Assembly: GCA_965226495.1 (NCBI GenBank)
Contig: OZ245365.1
Location: 1,280,001 to 1,344,000, forward strand
Reading direction: 5' to 3'
Length of the DNA: 64,000 nt
Source: Candidatus Marinacidobacterales bacterium
GTDB lineage: Bacteria; Acidobacteriota; Vicinamibacteria; Marinacidobacterales; DATDRI01
Shown here: positions 26,071 through 36,121 of the stretch, piece by piece
How the letters are laid out: each line of letters begins with the position of its first letter
Position numbering within the stretch: the stretch's first letter is position 1
The notes under the pieces: model-generated
What the model was told of the DNA's origin: nothing
Databases searched by the model: none
What the model saw: the letters and a program-made list of their open reading frames with translations, nothing else
Program-made: the position numbers and the translations under genes

Positions 26071-27009
26071 ATGGGGACGTTTCGTATCCTGAGCTTGGAC
26101 GGCGGAGGGGTCCGCGGCCTTCTATCTGCCGTCCTGCTCGAGCAGCTCGACTCTCGTGTTCCCGGATGGCGCGACAAAGTCGATCTGCTCGCAGGTACTT
26201 CCACCGGTGGCATCATCGCTCTCGGCCTTGGGAAAGGGTTGAGCCCAACCGAGCTCCGCGACTTCTACTACTACAAATCTCCCGAGATATTCGGAGATTC
26301 CTTTTGGGATGATTTGCGTGACTTGGGAGGGATTACCGGGGCGGAGTACAGCCTTAGGAGCCTCCGAAAGAACCTGGAAGCCATCTTCGGGAAGACAAGA
26401 TTGCAGGACCTCAGGACGCGGGTGTTGATCTCCTCGTTCGATCTCGATAACGAAGATAAGGACCCGATGAAACGGCGTTGGAAGCCCAAGTTCTTCCACA
26501 ATTACCCGGGCCAGGACAGCGATGGCGGCCGTCGCGCCTCGGACGTCGCCCTTTACACGAGTGCTGCGCCGACCTATTTCCCGTCCGTCGACGGATACAT
26601 CGACGGGGGTGTCGTCGCGAACAACCCGAGCATGGCCGCCGTGGCTCAAACTCAGGACAAGCGCGCGCGTATTCCGGGGCGCCCGTCGATCGATGAGATC
26701 GTCTTGCTCTCTGTCGGGACCGGCGAAGTGCTCTCCTTCGTGCCTGGCAAGCGTCATGACTGGGGTTTCGCCCAATGGGCCCAACCCTTAGTGAAGCTGA
26801 TGCTCGATGGCACGCTGGGCGTCCCCGACTACCAGTGCAAGCAGATACTGGGAAAGCAATATCAGCGCCTGAACTATACTTTCCCCCCGGGTCAAGAGAT
26901 CGAGCTCGACGAATATCAGGAGAGAGACCGGCTGGTAGATATCGGCGAGAACCAGATGGGGTCGGATCTCACCAAGACGGTCCGCTGGCTCAGAACCAAC
27001 TGGATGTAG
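26071..27009 (+). CDS. Patatin-like phospholipase
   Basis: LSLDGGGVRG, GTSTG, SAAPTYF, DGG. Confidence 0.92.
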   Translation: MGTFRILSLDGGGVRGLLSAVLLEQLDSRVPGWRDKVDLLAGTSTGGIIALGLGKGLSPTELRDFYYYKSPEIFGDSFWDDLRDLGGITGAEYSLRSLRKNLEAIFGKTRLQDLRTRVLISSFDLDNEDKDPMKRRWKPKFFHNYPGQDSDGGRRASDVALYTSAAPTYFPSVDGYIDGGVVANNPSMAAVAQTQDKRARIPGRPSIDEIVLLSVGTGEVLSFVPGKRHDWGFAQWAQPLVKLMLDGTLGVPDYQCKQILGKQYQRLNYTFPPGQEIELDEYQERDRLVDIGENQMGSDLTKTVRWLRTNWM

Positions 27010-27138
27010 CTTCGTAGGTTATTCGACGCCCCATCCGATCCCCGCGCCTGAGGTAAGCTGGGGGCTCGCCCGGTCTGCAGATGGATGCATCGCTATGCGG
27101 CCTCGCTTAGGTGAACGAGTAACGGGAGAATCGAAGAG

Positions 27139-27873
27139 ATGACCGAAGTCAGCGAAAAGCTCGAGGCGCTTGTTGAGAGGGATCGCGACCACGATTGTGA
27201 GGGTATAGGCCCGGCGAAGGTTTGCGTCAAGGTCGTGGGAGTTGCCGACCTGCCCACCCGGTTCGGACAATTTCGGATCGTAGCGTTCTGGAACAACCGA
27301 GACGCTAAAGAGCATGTCGCCATCGTGCGAGGTAACATCCTCGGCTCCGAGGACGTTCCCACGCGGCTTCACTCGGAGTGCGTGACCGGTGACGTCGTCG
27401 GCTCACTCCGCTGCGACTGCCGGGATCAATTAGAAATTGCCTTACGGAAGATTGGCACCTACGAAAAGGGGCTCATTCTTTACTTGCGCCAGGAGGGCAG
27501 AGGCATCGGCCTCATCAACAAAGTGCGCGCCTACGCGCTTCAAGACGAGGGGCTCGACACCGTCGACGCCAATGAGGCGCTCGGATTCCGGGATGACGAA
27601 CGCGACTATGCGATCGCGGCCCACATGATCCACAGTCTGAACGTGAAGTCCATACACCTCATGACCAACAACCCTCGCAAGATCGAACAGCTCACCCAGC
27701 ATGGCGTCAAGGTCAGCCAGCGTTTACCTCACGTCATACCCCCCAATGAGCACAACCGCTTCTACCTGGAGACCAAGGCGAATCGCTCGGGTCACTGGAT
27801 CGATTTTGCCGGCAAACCGCATCTGATGGAACAGAGTGATCCCGTCGTCGTCGAGGGAATGGCCGAGGAGTGA
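27139..27873 (+). CDS. ribA: GTP cyclohydrolase II (stand-alone)
   Basis: RLHSECVTGD, SLRCDC, QEGRGIGL, MTNNP. Confidence 0.95.
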   Translation: MTEVSEKLEALVERDRDHDCEGIGPAKVCVKVVGVADLPTRFGQFRIVAFWNNRDAKEHVAIVRGNILGSEDVPTRLHSECVTGDVVGSLRCDCRDQLEIALRKIGTYEKGLILYLRQEGRGIGLINKVRAYALQDEGLDTVDANEALGFRDDERDYAIAAHMIHSLNVKSIHLMTNNPRKIEQLTQHGVKVSQRLPHVIPPNEHNRFYLETKANRSGHWIDFAGKPHLMEQSDPVVVEGMAEE

Positions 27874-28024
27874 GTGGGTTCCTAGTTTCTAGATCCGGTC
27901 CAGGGGATTTGGTGCTGATAGTTCCATCTCCCCTGAAACAAATGAAGTTTCGCGGGCGGAGTGGATATGCTATTTTCCTGGGCCAGGCCGTGAAGCAGTT
28001 TACTCCAACACCCTGAGGGCCCTC

Positions 28025-29026
28025 GTGTCACCTCTCAAGATTGGCGATCTAACCTCTCAGCCCGGGCGGACATTAAGAGGATGGCTCCAGGTCGGAACGA
28101 GACCGGCCGGAGCACCTCTAGAGATTCCGTTTTTCCTCATCCAAGGTGCCAAGGAAGGCCCCGTACTGCTCGTGGACGCGTGTAATCACGGGAGCGAGTA
28201 CGAAGGACCACCCGCCGTCATCAAGCTGGCTCGGTCTCTGGATCCCACGAAGCTTCGAGGCACCGTGATCGCGGTCCCCGTCGTAAACCTGCCCTCGTTT
28301 GAAGAGGGTAGACGGGAATCATCGATCGACGGTGTCAACATCAACCGCATTTGGCCGGGTGATGAAACTCGAACCATCTCCTACCAGCTCGCCTTCCACT
28401 ATTTTCGGGAGGTTGTAGAAAAGGCGAACTACGTCGTGACTCATCACAGCGGAGGGAGGGACCTCCAGCATCCTCCCCTGGTGGCGTTCCAGGACGATGG
28501 GGACGAGCTGGGAAAAAAGTCCCGGGAGCTCGCGCGCGCCTTCGGCACGAAATACCTGACTCGCTGGACCCCCTTCGATGGGGCCCTGGTCAAGGAGACG
28601 TGGAAGCGAGGCATCGTCACCCTCAACCCGGAAGCAGGGGGAGTCGATCGAAGCAAGAAGACTTTTTGGGGAAACGTCGATGCCCTCGTGAACGGTACCC
28701 TGGGTGTCATGAAACAGCTGGACATGCTCGACGGCAAGCCCAAATTGCCGACCAAGCAGATCGTCACCCGCACCGTTGCCGAGCCACCACTCTCCTATGT
28801 TCGACTCAAGGCGGGTGGGCTCTTTGTTCCCGAAGTCGAAATCGAAGATTCGGTCAAGAAGGGCACCGTTCTGGGGCGTCTCACCGATCTCTTTGGTGAC
28901 GACGTTCAAGTGATCGAGGCACCCATGGACGCACTCGTCCTAGGCCTTCACTACGACTGCCTCAGCTTCCCCGGAGAGTTCGCTACCATCCTAGGGGAGT
29001 ACGAGGAAACGATAGAGAACGCTTGA
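28025..29026 (+). CDS. Succinylglutamate desuccinylase/aspartoacylase (M14) family
   Basis: HGSE Zn motif, NINR, HSGG, EAGG; C-terminal biotinyl-like hybrid segment. Confidence 0.88.
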   Translation: MSPLKIGDLTSQPGRTLRGWLQVGTRPAGAPLEIPFFLIQGAKEGPVLLVDACNHGSEYEGPPAVIKLARSLDPTKLRGTVIAVPVVNLPSFEEGRRESSIDGVNINRIWPGDETRTISYQLAFHYFREVVEKANYVVTHHSGGRDLQHPPLVAFQDDGDELGKKSRELARAFGTKYLTRWTPFDGALVKETWKRGIVTLNPEAGGVDRSKKTFWGNVDALVNGTLGVMKQLDMLDGKPKLPTKQIVTRTVAEPPLSYVRLKAGGLFVPEVEIEDSVKKGTVLGRLTDLFGDDVQVIEAPMDALVLGLHYDCLSFPGEFATILGEYEETIENA

Positions 29027-29074
29027 TCCGTTTCCACGGGTGAGGACGTCGCCCTGACCGCGGATGACCCCGCC

Positions 29075-30526
29075 ATGATCTATATCGTTGGCATCGCTCT
29101 ATACCTCGTTTTCCTGATCGGCATCGGAGTCTACAAGAGTCGCGCCGTCAAGACGCAAGACGACTTCATGGTGGCCAGCCGAAGCGTTTCGGCCTTATTC
29201 CTGGCCAGCACACTCATCTGTACTTCGGTGGGTTCCGGCATCTTGTTCGGCGGTGCGGGCCGCGCCTTTCGAGACGGCTTCTCCGCGATGTGGATGAACC
29301 TAGGTGGCTGGGCAGGCATGTTGGGAGTTTATTTCTTGGCCCACCGCGTTCAGCGGATAAAACAGTACACCGCTCCCGACATCCTCGAAATGCGATACAC
29401 CGCGACGGCCCGACTACTGGGTACCGGTGCCGTGATCATGGCCTACCTGACCATCGCGAGCTATCAGTTCAGAGGGGGAGGTCGTCTTCTGCACGTCCTG
29501 ACCGGGCTCGACCCCATTTACGGGCAAGTCATCACCTGCGTCTTGGCAGCGCTTTATACCGGCCTCGCCGGAATGCTTTCCATCGTCGCGCTCGACATCT
29601 TCAACGGAGTTTTGATCGCAGGTACCGCGTTGATTGCAGTCCCCTTCGTGCTGAAGGCGGCGGGCGGTTGGGGCTCGATGCAGACAACGCTGCCCGAGTC
29701 CCACTTCTACGCGTTCGGGTCCCTGGGGCTGCTCTCCACCCTCGGCTTGTTCTTTCCCTTGTTTCTCCAGATCGTCGGGGACAGCGGCATGTACCAAAAA
29801 CTCATGTCCGCGAAGGACCCCGACTCGGCACGGCGGGGCGTACTGGGGATGCTGGCGGGGGTGATTCCGATCCAGACGGCTTTGGCCGCCATCGGCGTGA
29901 TCGGGGCCGCCATCTACTGGAGCGATCCCGCTTTCGTCGGTTCGGGCGGTGGCTTCGACGCTGCAGCGACGGAGACTATCGTGCTTCAGGTGGGGCGCTT
30001 CGACTTGCCGGTCGTGCTTGGTGTCGCTCTCCTCTGTGCCGCCGCCGCTATCATTTTTTCGACCGCCAACACGATGCTGATGATCCCCTCGACGAACCTA
30101 ACGCGGGATGTCTATCAGAGGTTCGTGAACCCGCAGGCGAGCCAGCGGCGGATGGTTCTCGTGCAGCGGCTGATCATCGTCGTGCTCGCGGTCATCTCTT
30201 TCTCGATCGCGTCTTTTTTCGACAGCATCCTGGATATGGCTCTTTACGCCTATACGATGGTGGGTGCCGCGGTCACCCCGGCACTCCTGGCGGCTTTCCT
30301 TTGGCGACGGGTGACGGCTTTGGGGGGCACGGTATCGATCGCGGCGGGTATGACGGTAACCATGGGTTACGCCGTGCTCAATGCGTTCGGGGTCACGAAC
30401 ATGGGATACAGCTACATCATTTATCCAGCGGTGACCGCGTCGGTCGTTTGTCTGGTGGCGGTGAGTCTAGCAACGTCTCCCTCACCGGAAGAGAAGTGGC
30501 GTCCCTTCTGGCCAGATAAGGAATGA
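29075..30526 (+). CDS. Sodium:solute symporter (SSS) family protein
   Basis: DFMVASR, TAPDILEMRY, YTGLAGM, STAN; roughly 13 hydrophobic segments. Confidence 0.9.
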   Translation: MIYIVGIALYLVFLIGIGVYKSRAVKTQDDFMVASRSVSALFLASTLICTSVGSGILFGGAGRAFRDGFSAMWMNLGGWAGMLGVYFLAHRVQRIKQYTAPDILEMRYTATARLLGTGAVIMAYLTIASYQFRGGGRLLHVLTGLDPIYGQVITCVLAALYTGLAGMLSIVALDIFNGVLIAGTALIAVPFVLKAAGGWGSMQTTLPESHFYAFGSLGLLSTLGLFFPLFLQIVGDSGMYQKLMSAKDPDSARRGVLGMLAGVIPIQTALAAIGVIGAAIYWSDPAFVGSGGGFDAAATETIVLQVGRFDLPVVLGVALLCAAAAIIFSTANTMLMIPSTNLTRDVYQRFVNPQASQRRMVLVQRLIIVVLAVISFSIASFFDSILDMALYAYTMVGAAVTPALLAAFLWRRVTALGGTVSIAAGMTVTMGYAVLNAFGVTNMGYSYIIYPAVTASVVCLVAVSLATSPSPEEKWRPFWPDKE

Positions 30527-30530
30527 GTCT

Positions 30531-32138
30531 CTACGCGGCGCTCAGCGCATAGAGCAAGTCGGCATAGCACTTTTCGATTCCTGGCAGTCCGACCACGGCA
30601 GACGGCGAGGAGGCCGACGAAGGCTTCGGGTCGACCAACATGTACTCGTTCGGCGCGTGCAGGTTGCCACCGTGTCCCAGTCCCACCAAGATGAGAGGTA
30701 GGTCGAGTCTTTCGGTGAACTGATAGAACGGCGCATTTGCTCCGAAACGAGGCCACACCGCAGGAGTGATGCCGTATTTGTTATAGACCGAGATCGCTTT
30801 TTGCACGAGGGGAGCTTCGACCGTCGTCTGCGACGGCGGGTACGAGGCGAGGGTTCTGATCTCGATGTCCTCGAAGCCGCTATCATCGAGGTGTTGACGG
30901 ATCATCTTCAAGGCGGTCTCCGGACGTTGATTCGGCACGAGCATCGAATCGATCTTGGCCACCGCTCGGCTGGGCAAGATGCAGTTGGCGCCCGGGCCTA
31001 CGTAGCCGGAGGAGATACCGTCGATGTTGAGCGTGGTGTCGAAGAGAAACTGCGTGAACGTATCTTTGCCCCGGCTCCCTCCGATCCATCTCTTCACGCC
31101 CAAGTCGGTGTACTGAGTAAACTCGCCATTTGGGCCGAAGAATCCCTCCAGTTGAGGACTGTTGATCAGGCGCTGTTGCTCTGCATTGGGAGGCTGGATC
31201 GAGTCACTATAGCCAGGGACGGTAATGGTGTTCCCGTCGGGTGACGTCAGAGTCGAGAGCGCTTGTACGAGTCGCCAGGCAGGGGAGTCGACAATCGATT
31301 TGAACCAACCGCCGATGTCATCCACGGTGGGGCCGCCCTGAGCGCTACCGGTCGCTTCGAGCTCGAGGTAGAGCCATCCTTTCATCCCCAAACTCAACGT
31401 GGCGGCGCCTTCTGCGTTTTGGGAATTATGAGGGCAAATGACACCGACCGCTTCACGCAACCGCTCTCCGTAACGATCGATTACCTGCGCATAGCTACGG
31501 GAACCGATCTCCTCCTCGCCTTCGGCAGCGATCATTAGATTGATGGGAAGATTGCCCTCCGCCGCGATAATGGATTCCACCGCGTTCAAGAAGGCGCGCT
31601 CCGGTCCTTTCTGGTTCGCCGCTCCCCGCGCCATGATCGCCGTGCCGAGCTCCTCCATTTCGACGAGCTCGCCGGCAAAAGGAGCGACCCGCCATTTATC
31701 GTCTACCGCGGGGACGACGTCATACATCATGTAAACGGCCAGCGTGGTCTCCGCACCGGCGTCGTAATAGCCCCAGACACCAGGATGCCCGGTGGTCGGC
31801 ACCAGCTCGGCTTCCTTGAATCCCAGCCGCCGGAAATCATTACGGACCATCGTTGCCATTTCCTCGATCCCAGTGCCGTGGGCACTGTCCGAGGGTTGTC
31901 GTAACCAGCGGCGGACGTGCTCCAGATGAGCGTCTCGATGCTGGTCGATGTACTCATAAACGGCAGGATGGTTTCCTTCGTACGCCGAAATCTCCGACGC
32001 GTCGAAGGCTTCTTCCGTCGTAATCTCGAATTGGGAACGTGTAGACTGCGGCCCAGGGCCAAACCTACTGCCAAGGCTCCCCAAGGCGGCCGCGGGTACT
32101 CCTAGCAAACTTGCCTGCATGAAGTCGCGGCGGTTCAT
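30531..32138 (-). CDS. Tat-exported M20/M25/M40-family hydrolase with altered metal ligands
   Basis: NRRDFM Tat motif; GEEEIGS, GMKG and HAPNE. Confidence 0.82.
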   Translation of the reverse strand: MNRRDFMQASLLGVPAAALGSLGSRFGPGPQSTRSQFEITTEEAFDASEISAYEGNHPAVYEYIDQHRDAHLEHVRRWLRQPSDSAHGTGIEEMATMVRNDFRRLGFKEAELVPTTGHPGVWGYYDAGAETTLAVYMMYDVVPAVDDKWRVAPFAGELVEMEELGTAIMARGAANQKGPERAFLNAVESIIAAEGNLPINLMIAAEGEEEIGSRSYAQVIDRYGERLREAVGVICPHNSQNAEGAATLSLGMKGWLYLELEATGSAQGGPTVDDIGGWFKSIVDSPAWRLVQALSTLTSPDGNTITVPGYSDSIQPPNAEQQRLINSPQLEGFFGPNGEFTQYTDLGVKRWIGGSRGKDTFTQFLFDTTLNIDGISSGYVGPGANCILPSRAVAKIDSMLVPNQRPETALKMIRQHLDDSGFEDIEIRTLASYPPSQTTVEAPLVQKAISVYNKYGITPAVWPRFGANAPFYQFTERLDLPLILVGLGHGGNLHAPNEYMLVDPKPSSASSPSAVVGLPGIEKCYADLLYALSAA

Positions 32139-33886
32139 GGCGTCGGCCTGCGCCTCTTGCGCTCCTCTTCCGTCCGCTTCGCATCGAGGTTCCCAGTCGT
32201 CGCGTCGAACACCGCTCCGTAGTCCCTAAGGGCGGCTTCGGCCGACACGTAACCTCTCGCGACGTCCTGCTCCACGAGCACCGGATCCCGCTCCAACGGA
32301 TCGCCGTTGCCCCCGCCCCCGCCAGTCAGCATTCTTATCCGAGCTCCGGGTTTGAGTTTCAATCCCACCGTCTTGAGTAAAACGTCTTCAGGTACACCCT
32401 CTTCGGTCGAGACGGTGCAACTGTTGGTTTTGCCAGGTTTTCCGCCAAACAAACCCCATGGCGGGCACTGGTTTCTCTCAAAGAAAATGTTGACCTGAGC
32501 TTCTTGGTCGAGGACGCGATGAACCCTCTCATACCCCAGTCCACCGCGATACTTCCCCGGCCCCGCCGAGTCCTGTCGTAGACCGAAGCTCTCCATCACT
32601 AGCGGTGACTTGGCCTCGAGAACTTCGACCGGTACGTTCCGCGTGTCGCCGTTCATGAGGGACGTAACGACACTCTCTCCGTCTTCGAACGAGCGTCCAC
32701 CCCATCCCCCCTGGATCCCTTCGATGTGGATGAATTTCTTGCCGGTTCTTTCGTCCTCGCCGTAAGCGATGATCGAGGAAACGGCACCGTAGTGGCCGGC
32801 AGGGACTCTATCGGGAATCGCTTCGGATAGTGCCTTGTAGGCCAAATCCACGAGGACGACGAGCGGCATCGCGTAGGCGGCTACCGGCGCGGGCTCGATC
32901 GCACTCACGAGAGTTCCCGGCGGAATAATCGTCTTGATGGGCCGGAAGTTTCCTTCGTTGACCAAGAGAAAGGGCGCAGTGAGGGAAACCGAGGCCACCC
33001 GAGCGACCGACACCGCGCACGGCGCCCCGCAGTTGATGGGACCCTTGACCATCGGGGGCATCTTGGAGAAATCGAACGTCATTTCATCTCCGGAGACCAG
33101 GATCTTGAGCTTGATCGGTACGTTCTTATCCATCTCGATGCCGTCGTTGTCGAGAAAGGCGCTCGCCTCGTATTCTCCATCGGGGATTTTTTCGATCGCC
33201 GCCCGCGCGATCCGCTCGTTGTGATCCATGAGCCGCTCGACGTAGGCAAAGGTCTCCTCGACGCCCAGCTTGGACAAGATCTCCGAGAAGCGTTTTTCTC
33301 CCGTCCGGCAAGCCGCGACCAAGGCGAAGAGGTCTCCCAAGACGATGTCGGTAAAACGTGTGTTGGTGCGGAAGAAGGAGATAATGTCTTGGTTCACTTC
33401 GCCCGCTTTGAAGAGCTTGAGTGACTTGAAGCGGATGCCTTCCTGGTGAACGTCGGTGGTGTCGAAGAACCAACCTCCCCCAGGGGCCTTCCCCCCTAGG
33501 TCGATGAGGTGGCCTCGTCCGGCCGCAAAGGCGACTAGCTTTCCTTCGAAGAAGATGGGAGAGCAGACGCTCATATCGCCGAGATGGGTTCCGGTGGTGT
33601 AGGGGTCGTTCGTGATGAGCAAGTCACCGGGCTCGATTCCGTCTAGCCCGTACGTCTTGATCCCGTCGGTGATGGAAGCCCCCAGGTTACCGAGGAAGAT
33701 GGGAAGCCCTGAGGCCTGAGCGAGTGTCCGACCTTCGGCGTCGAAGAGCCCGACCGCGAAGTCCAGGACCTCGTAGATCAGCGTACTGTGAGACGTCCGG
33801 ATCAGGTTGAGCTTCATCTCTTCGGCCGCCGCGTTCAGGCTCGAGCGGAGAATCTCTTGAGTGATCGGGTCGGGTTTCTTCGCCAT
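32135..33886 (-). CDS. Hydantoinase B / 5-oxoprolinase subunit
   Basis: NDPYTTGTHLGD, HLIDLGG, DSAGPGKYRGG, GGGGNGDPLERD. Confidence 0.92.
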   Translation of the reverse strand: MAKKPDPITQEILRSSLNAAAEEMKLNLIRTSHSTLIYEVLDFAVGLFDAEGRTLAQASGLPIFLGNLGASITDGIKTYGLDGIEPGDLLITNDPYTTGTHLGDMSVCSPIFFEGKLVAFAAGRGHLIDLGGKAPGGGWFFDTTDVHQEGIRFKSLKLFKAGEVNQDIISFFRTNTRFTDIVLGDLFALVAACRTGEKRFSEILSKLGVEETFAYVERLMDHNERIARAAIEKIPDGEYEASAFLDNDGIEMDKNVPIKLKILVSGDEMTFDFSKMPPMVKGPINCGAPCAVSVARVASVSLTAPFLLVNEGNFRPIKTIIPPGTLVSAIEPAPVAAYAMPLVVLVDLAYKALSEAIPDRVPAGHYGAVSSIIAYGEDERTGKKFIHIEGIQGGWGGRSFEDGESVVTSLMNGDTRNVPVEVLEAKSPLVMESFGLRQDSAGPGKYRGGLGYERVHRVLDQEAQVNIFFERNQCPPWGLFGGKPGKTNSCTVSTEEGVPEDVLLKTVGLKLKPGARIRMLTGGGGGNGDPLERDPVLVEQDVARGYVSAEAALRDYGAVFDATTGNLDAKRTEEERKRRRPTP

Positions 33887-33888
33887 CT

Positions 33889-35943
33889 CTAGGCTCCTAT
33901 CTCGATCACGATATGACCGTGCTCGGTGACGGTGGCCTCGTCACCTTCGTGAAGCACGATGGTCGATGCATATTCCTCTACGATGGCCGGTCCGGTGAAT
34001 CTGTTACCCGCTCGCAGCTCGGAGCGGAGATAGATGGGACACTCGACCCAATCTGCGCCGTCTTCCAGCAGGACCTTGCGAGCTCCAGCCATCGCCTCCC
34101 GGCGCACGGTCTTTTTTCCAGCTTCCAATTTTGGGAATTGTGGGCGTTCCACCGTGCCGACCACGGTAACGCGGAGGTTTACGATCTGCGCCGGGGAGTC
34201 CGGCTCCGAGACCCCGTAATGCGTCTGGTGGAGCTGGTCGAAGCTTGCTTTGATTGGAGGTTTCAGGTCTTCGCTGAATTGTTTTGAAGGAATGGGAACC
34301 GAGACGCTGTGTTCCTGGCCCACGTACCTCATGTCCATGAATCGAAGCACCGACACCGATCGGTCGGCCACGCCGTCGGCGGTCAAGTGTTCTTTCCCTT
34401 CGGACTCCATGGAGGCGAACACGCGCTCGACTTCAGACGGTTCTGCTACCGCGAAGTCCACCGCGAGCGTTCGTACGTAGTCGTGCTTCAAGTCTGTGAG
34501 GAGCATGGCGAGTGCGGAGAAATTGCCCGGATAGAGAGGGACGATGACTTTGGGGATCTCGAGCTCCCGCGCCAGCGCGATGGCGTGGACCGGGCCGGCG
34601 CCTCCGAAGGCGACCAGGACAAAATCTCTGGGATCGTGTCCTCGCTCGACCGTGACGGCCCTCAACGCATGAAGCATGTTGGTGTTCACGATCTTGAGGA
34701 TGCCGAGTGCCATCTCCGAGGAAGTGAAATCAAACCGAGCTGCGACCTGCGAGATCGCCTTTTCTGCTGCCTCAGGGTTGAGCGGCATCTCTCCGCCGAG
34801 AAAGTTCTTGGGGTTGAGCCGGCCAGTGAGGAGATTGGCATCGGTCACCGTCGGTTCGAGGCCGCCCCACCCATAGCAAGCCGGTCCGGGATCGGAGCCC
34901 GCACTTCGGGGCCCTACCATGAGAGCTCCCGCGTCATCGATCCAAGCGAGGCTTCCACCACCCGCTCCCACTTCCACGAGATCCGTAACCGGCATGACGA
35001 TGGGGTGTCCCTTCTTACCCCCCACGCGGTATTGGTTGGTGACTTGGGCCCGGCCGTCCTCGATGAGGCAAGCCTTGGCGGTCGTGCCTCCCATATCGAA
35101 GGAGATCACGTTGCGGTGGCCGAGAAGCTCTCCGATTCTGATGGCGCCGACGACGCCCCCGGCGGGACCGGACTCCATCAGCGTCACCGGTTTCTGAGTG
35201 GCGAGCTCCGGGCTCATGACGCCACCATTCGACTGCATGATTAGCAAAGAGCCCCGAAAGTCCTTCCTTCGAATCTCTGTTTCCAGATCCCGAAGGTACT
35301 TGGTCACGCGAGGCGCGACATACGCGTTGACACACGTCGTGCTCGTTCGCTCGTACTCCCTGTATTCCCTCAACACTTCATGCGAGAGCGTGACGGGGAT
35401 GTCGGGGCAGATCTTCCTGGCGATCTCCCCCAGCTTTTTCTCGTGTTCGGGGTTCACGTAGGAATTGATGAGGCACACCGCTAGGGAAGCGACACCCCGC
35501 CGTTTGAGCTCTTCCATGACGGACGCCGCCTCATCCCGGTCGAGCGCTTCGAGGATGTCACCCGAGGATCGGATGCGCTCCGTTACTTCGAAGCGGAGCT
35601 CCCGAGGAACGAGCGGCTTGGGTTTGTTGTAGAGGCAGTCGTACATATCAAGCCGATTCGCCCGGCCGATCTCGTAGACATCGCGGAAACCCTTGGTGGT
35701 GAGAAGAGCGGTCTTGGCTCCCTTGAGCTCGAGGAGAGTATTGATGGCGATGGTCGTACCGTGGATCAGGTACTGTGTGTCGGAGAGATCGTGCTCGACC
35801 TTCTCGACGCACTCGCGAATTGCCCTTTCGGGTGCGTCCGGGGTGCTCGAGACTTTGGTGAGCGTGAGTCGGCCGGTACCTTCTTCCAGGGCGACGAAAT
35901 CGGTGAAGGTGCCCCCGATATCGGTGGCCACTCGGTCACGCAT
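33889..35943 (-). CDS. Hydantoinase A / 5-oxoprolinase subunit
   Basis: DIGGTFTD, HGTT, SGPAGG, DMGGTT, GAGGGS, FGGAG. ATG 35943 preferred as start (ORF is open to 35973). Confidence 0.93.
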   Translation of the reverse strand: MRDRVATDIGGTFTDFVALEEGTGRLTLTKVSSTPDAPERAIRECVEKVEHDLSDTQYLIHGTTIAINTLLELKGAKTALLTTKGFRDVYEIGRANRLDMYDCLYNKPKPLVPRELRFEVTERIRSSGDILEALDRDEAASVMEELKRRGVASLAVCLINSYVNPEHEKKLGEIARKICPDIPVTLSHEVLREYREYERTSTTCVNAYVAPRVTKYLRDLETEIRRKDFRGSLLIMQSNGGVMSPELATQKPVTLMESGPAGGVVGAIRIGELLGHRNVISFDMGGTTAKACLIEDGRAQVTNQYRVGGKKGHPIVMPVTDLVEVGAGGGSLAWIDDAGALMVGPRSAGSDPGPACYGWGGLEPTVTDANLLTGRLNPKNFLGGEMPLNPEAAEKAISQVAARFDFTSSEMALGILKIVNTNMLHALRAVTVERGHDPRDFVLVAFGGAGPVHAIALARELEIPKVIVPLYPGNFSALAMLLTDLKHDYVRTLAVDFAVAEPSEVERVFASMESEGKEHLTADGVADRSVSVLRFMDMRYVGQEHSVSVPIPSKQFSEDLKPPIKASFDQLHQTHYGVSEPDSPAQIVNLRVTVVGTVERPQFPKLEAGKKTVRREAMAGARKVLLEDGADWVECPIYLRSELRAGNRFTGPAIVEEYASTIVLHEGDEATVTEHGHIVIEIGA

Positions 35944-36121
35944 TGCGGAGGCATTATAGTCCTCATCTGTCATTCAGACGAGGCGGGCAATCAGACGAGG
36001 CGGGACTGAGGAAACTCGGTTCGGATTTCCTCATCCCGAGAGCCGCGTTTAAACTCGGGTGCAGCAATGCCTCAGATTAACAAACTGGACCAACGACCGG
36101 GATTCATGTGAGGGGGAAGGT

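Noticed and set aside
26071-27009. Patatin as a CBASS CapV effector
   Set aside because: No CD-NTase or other defence gene is adjacent; the neighbours are cspA and ribA.
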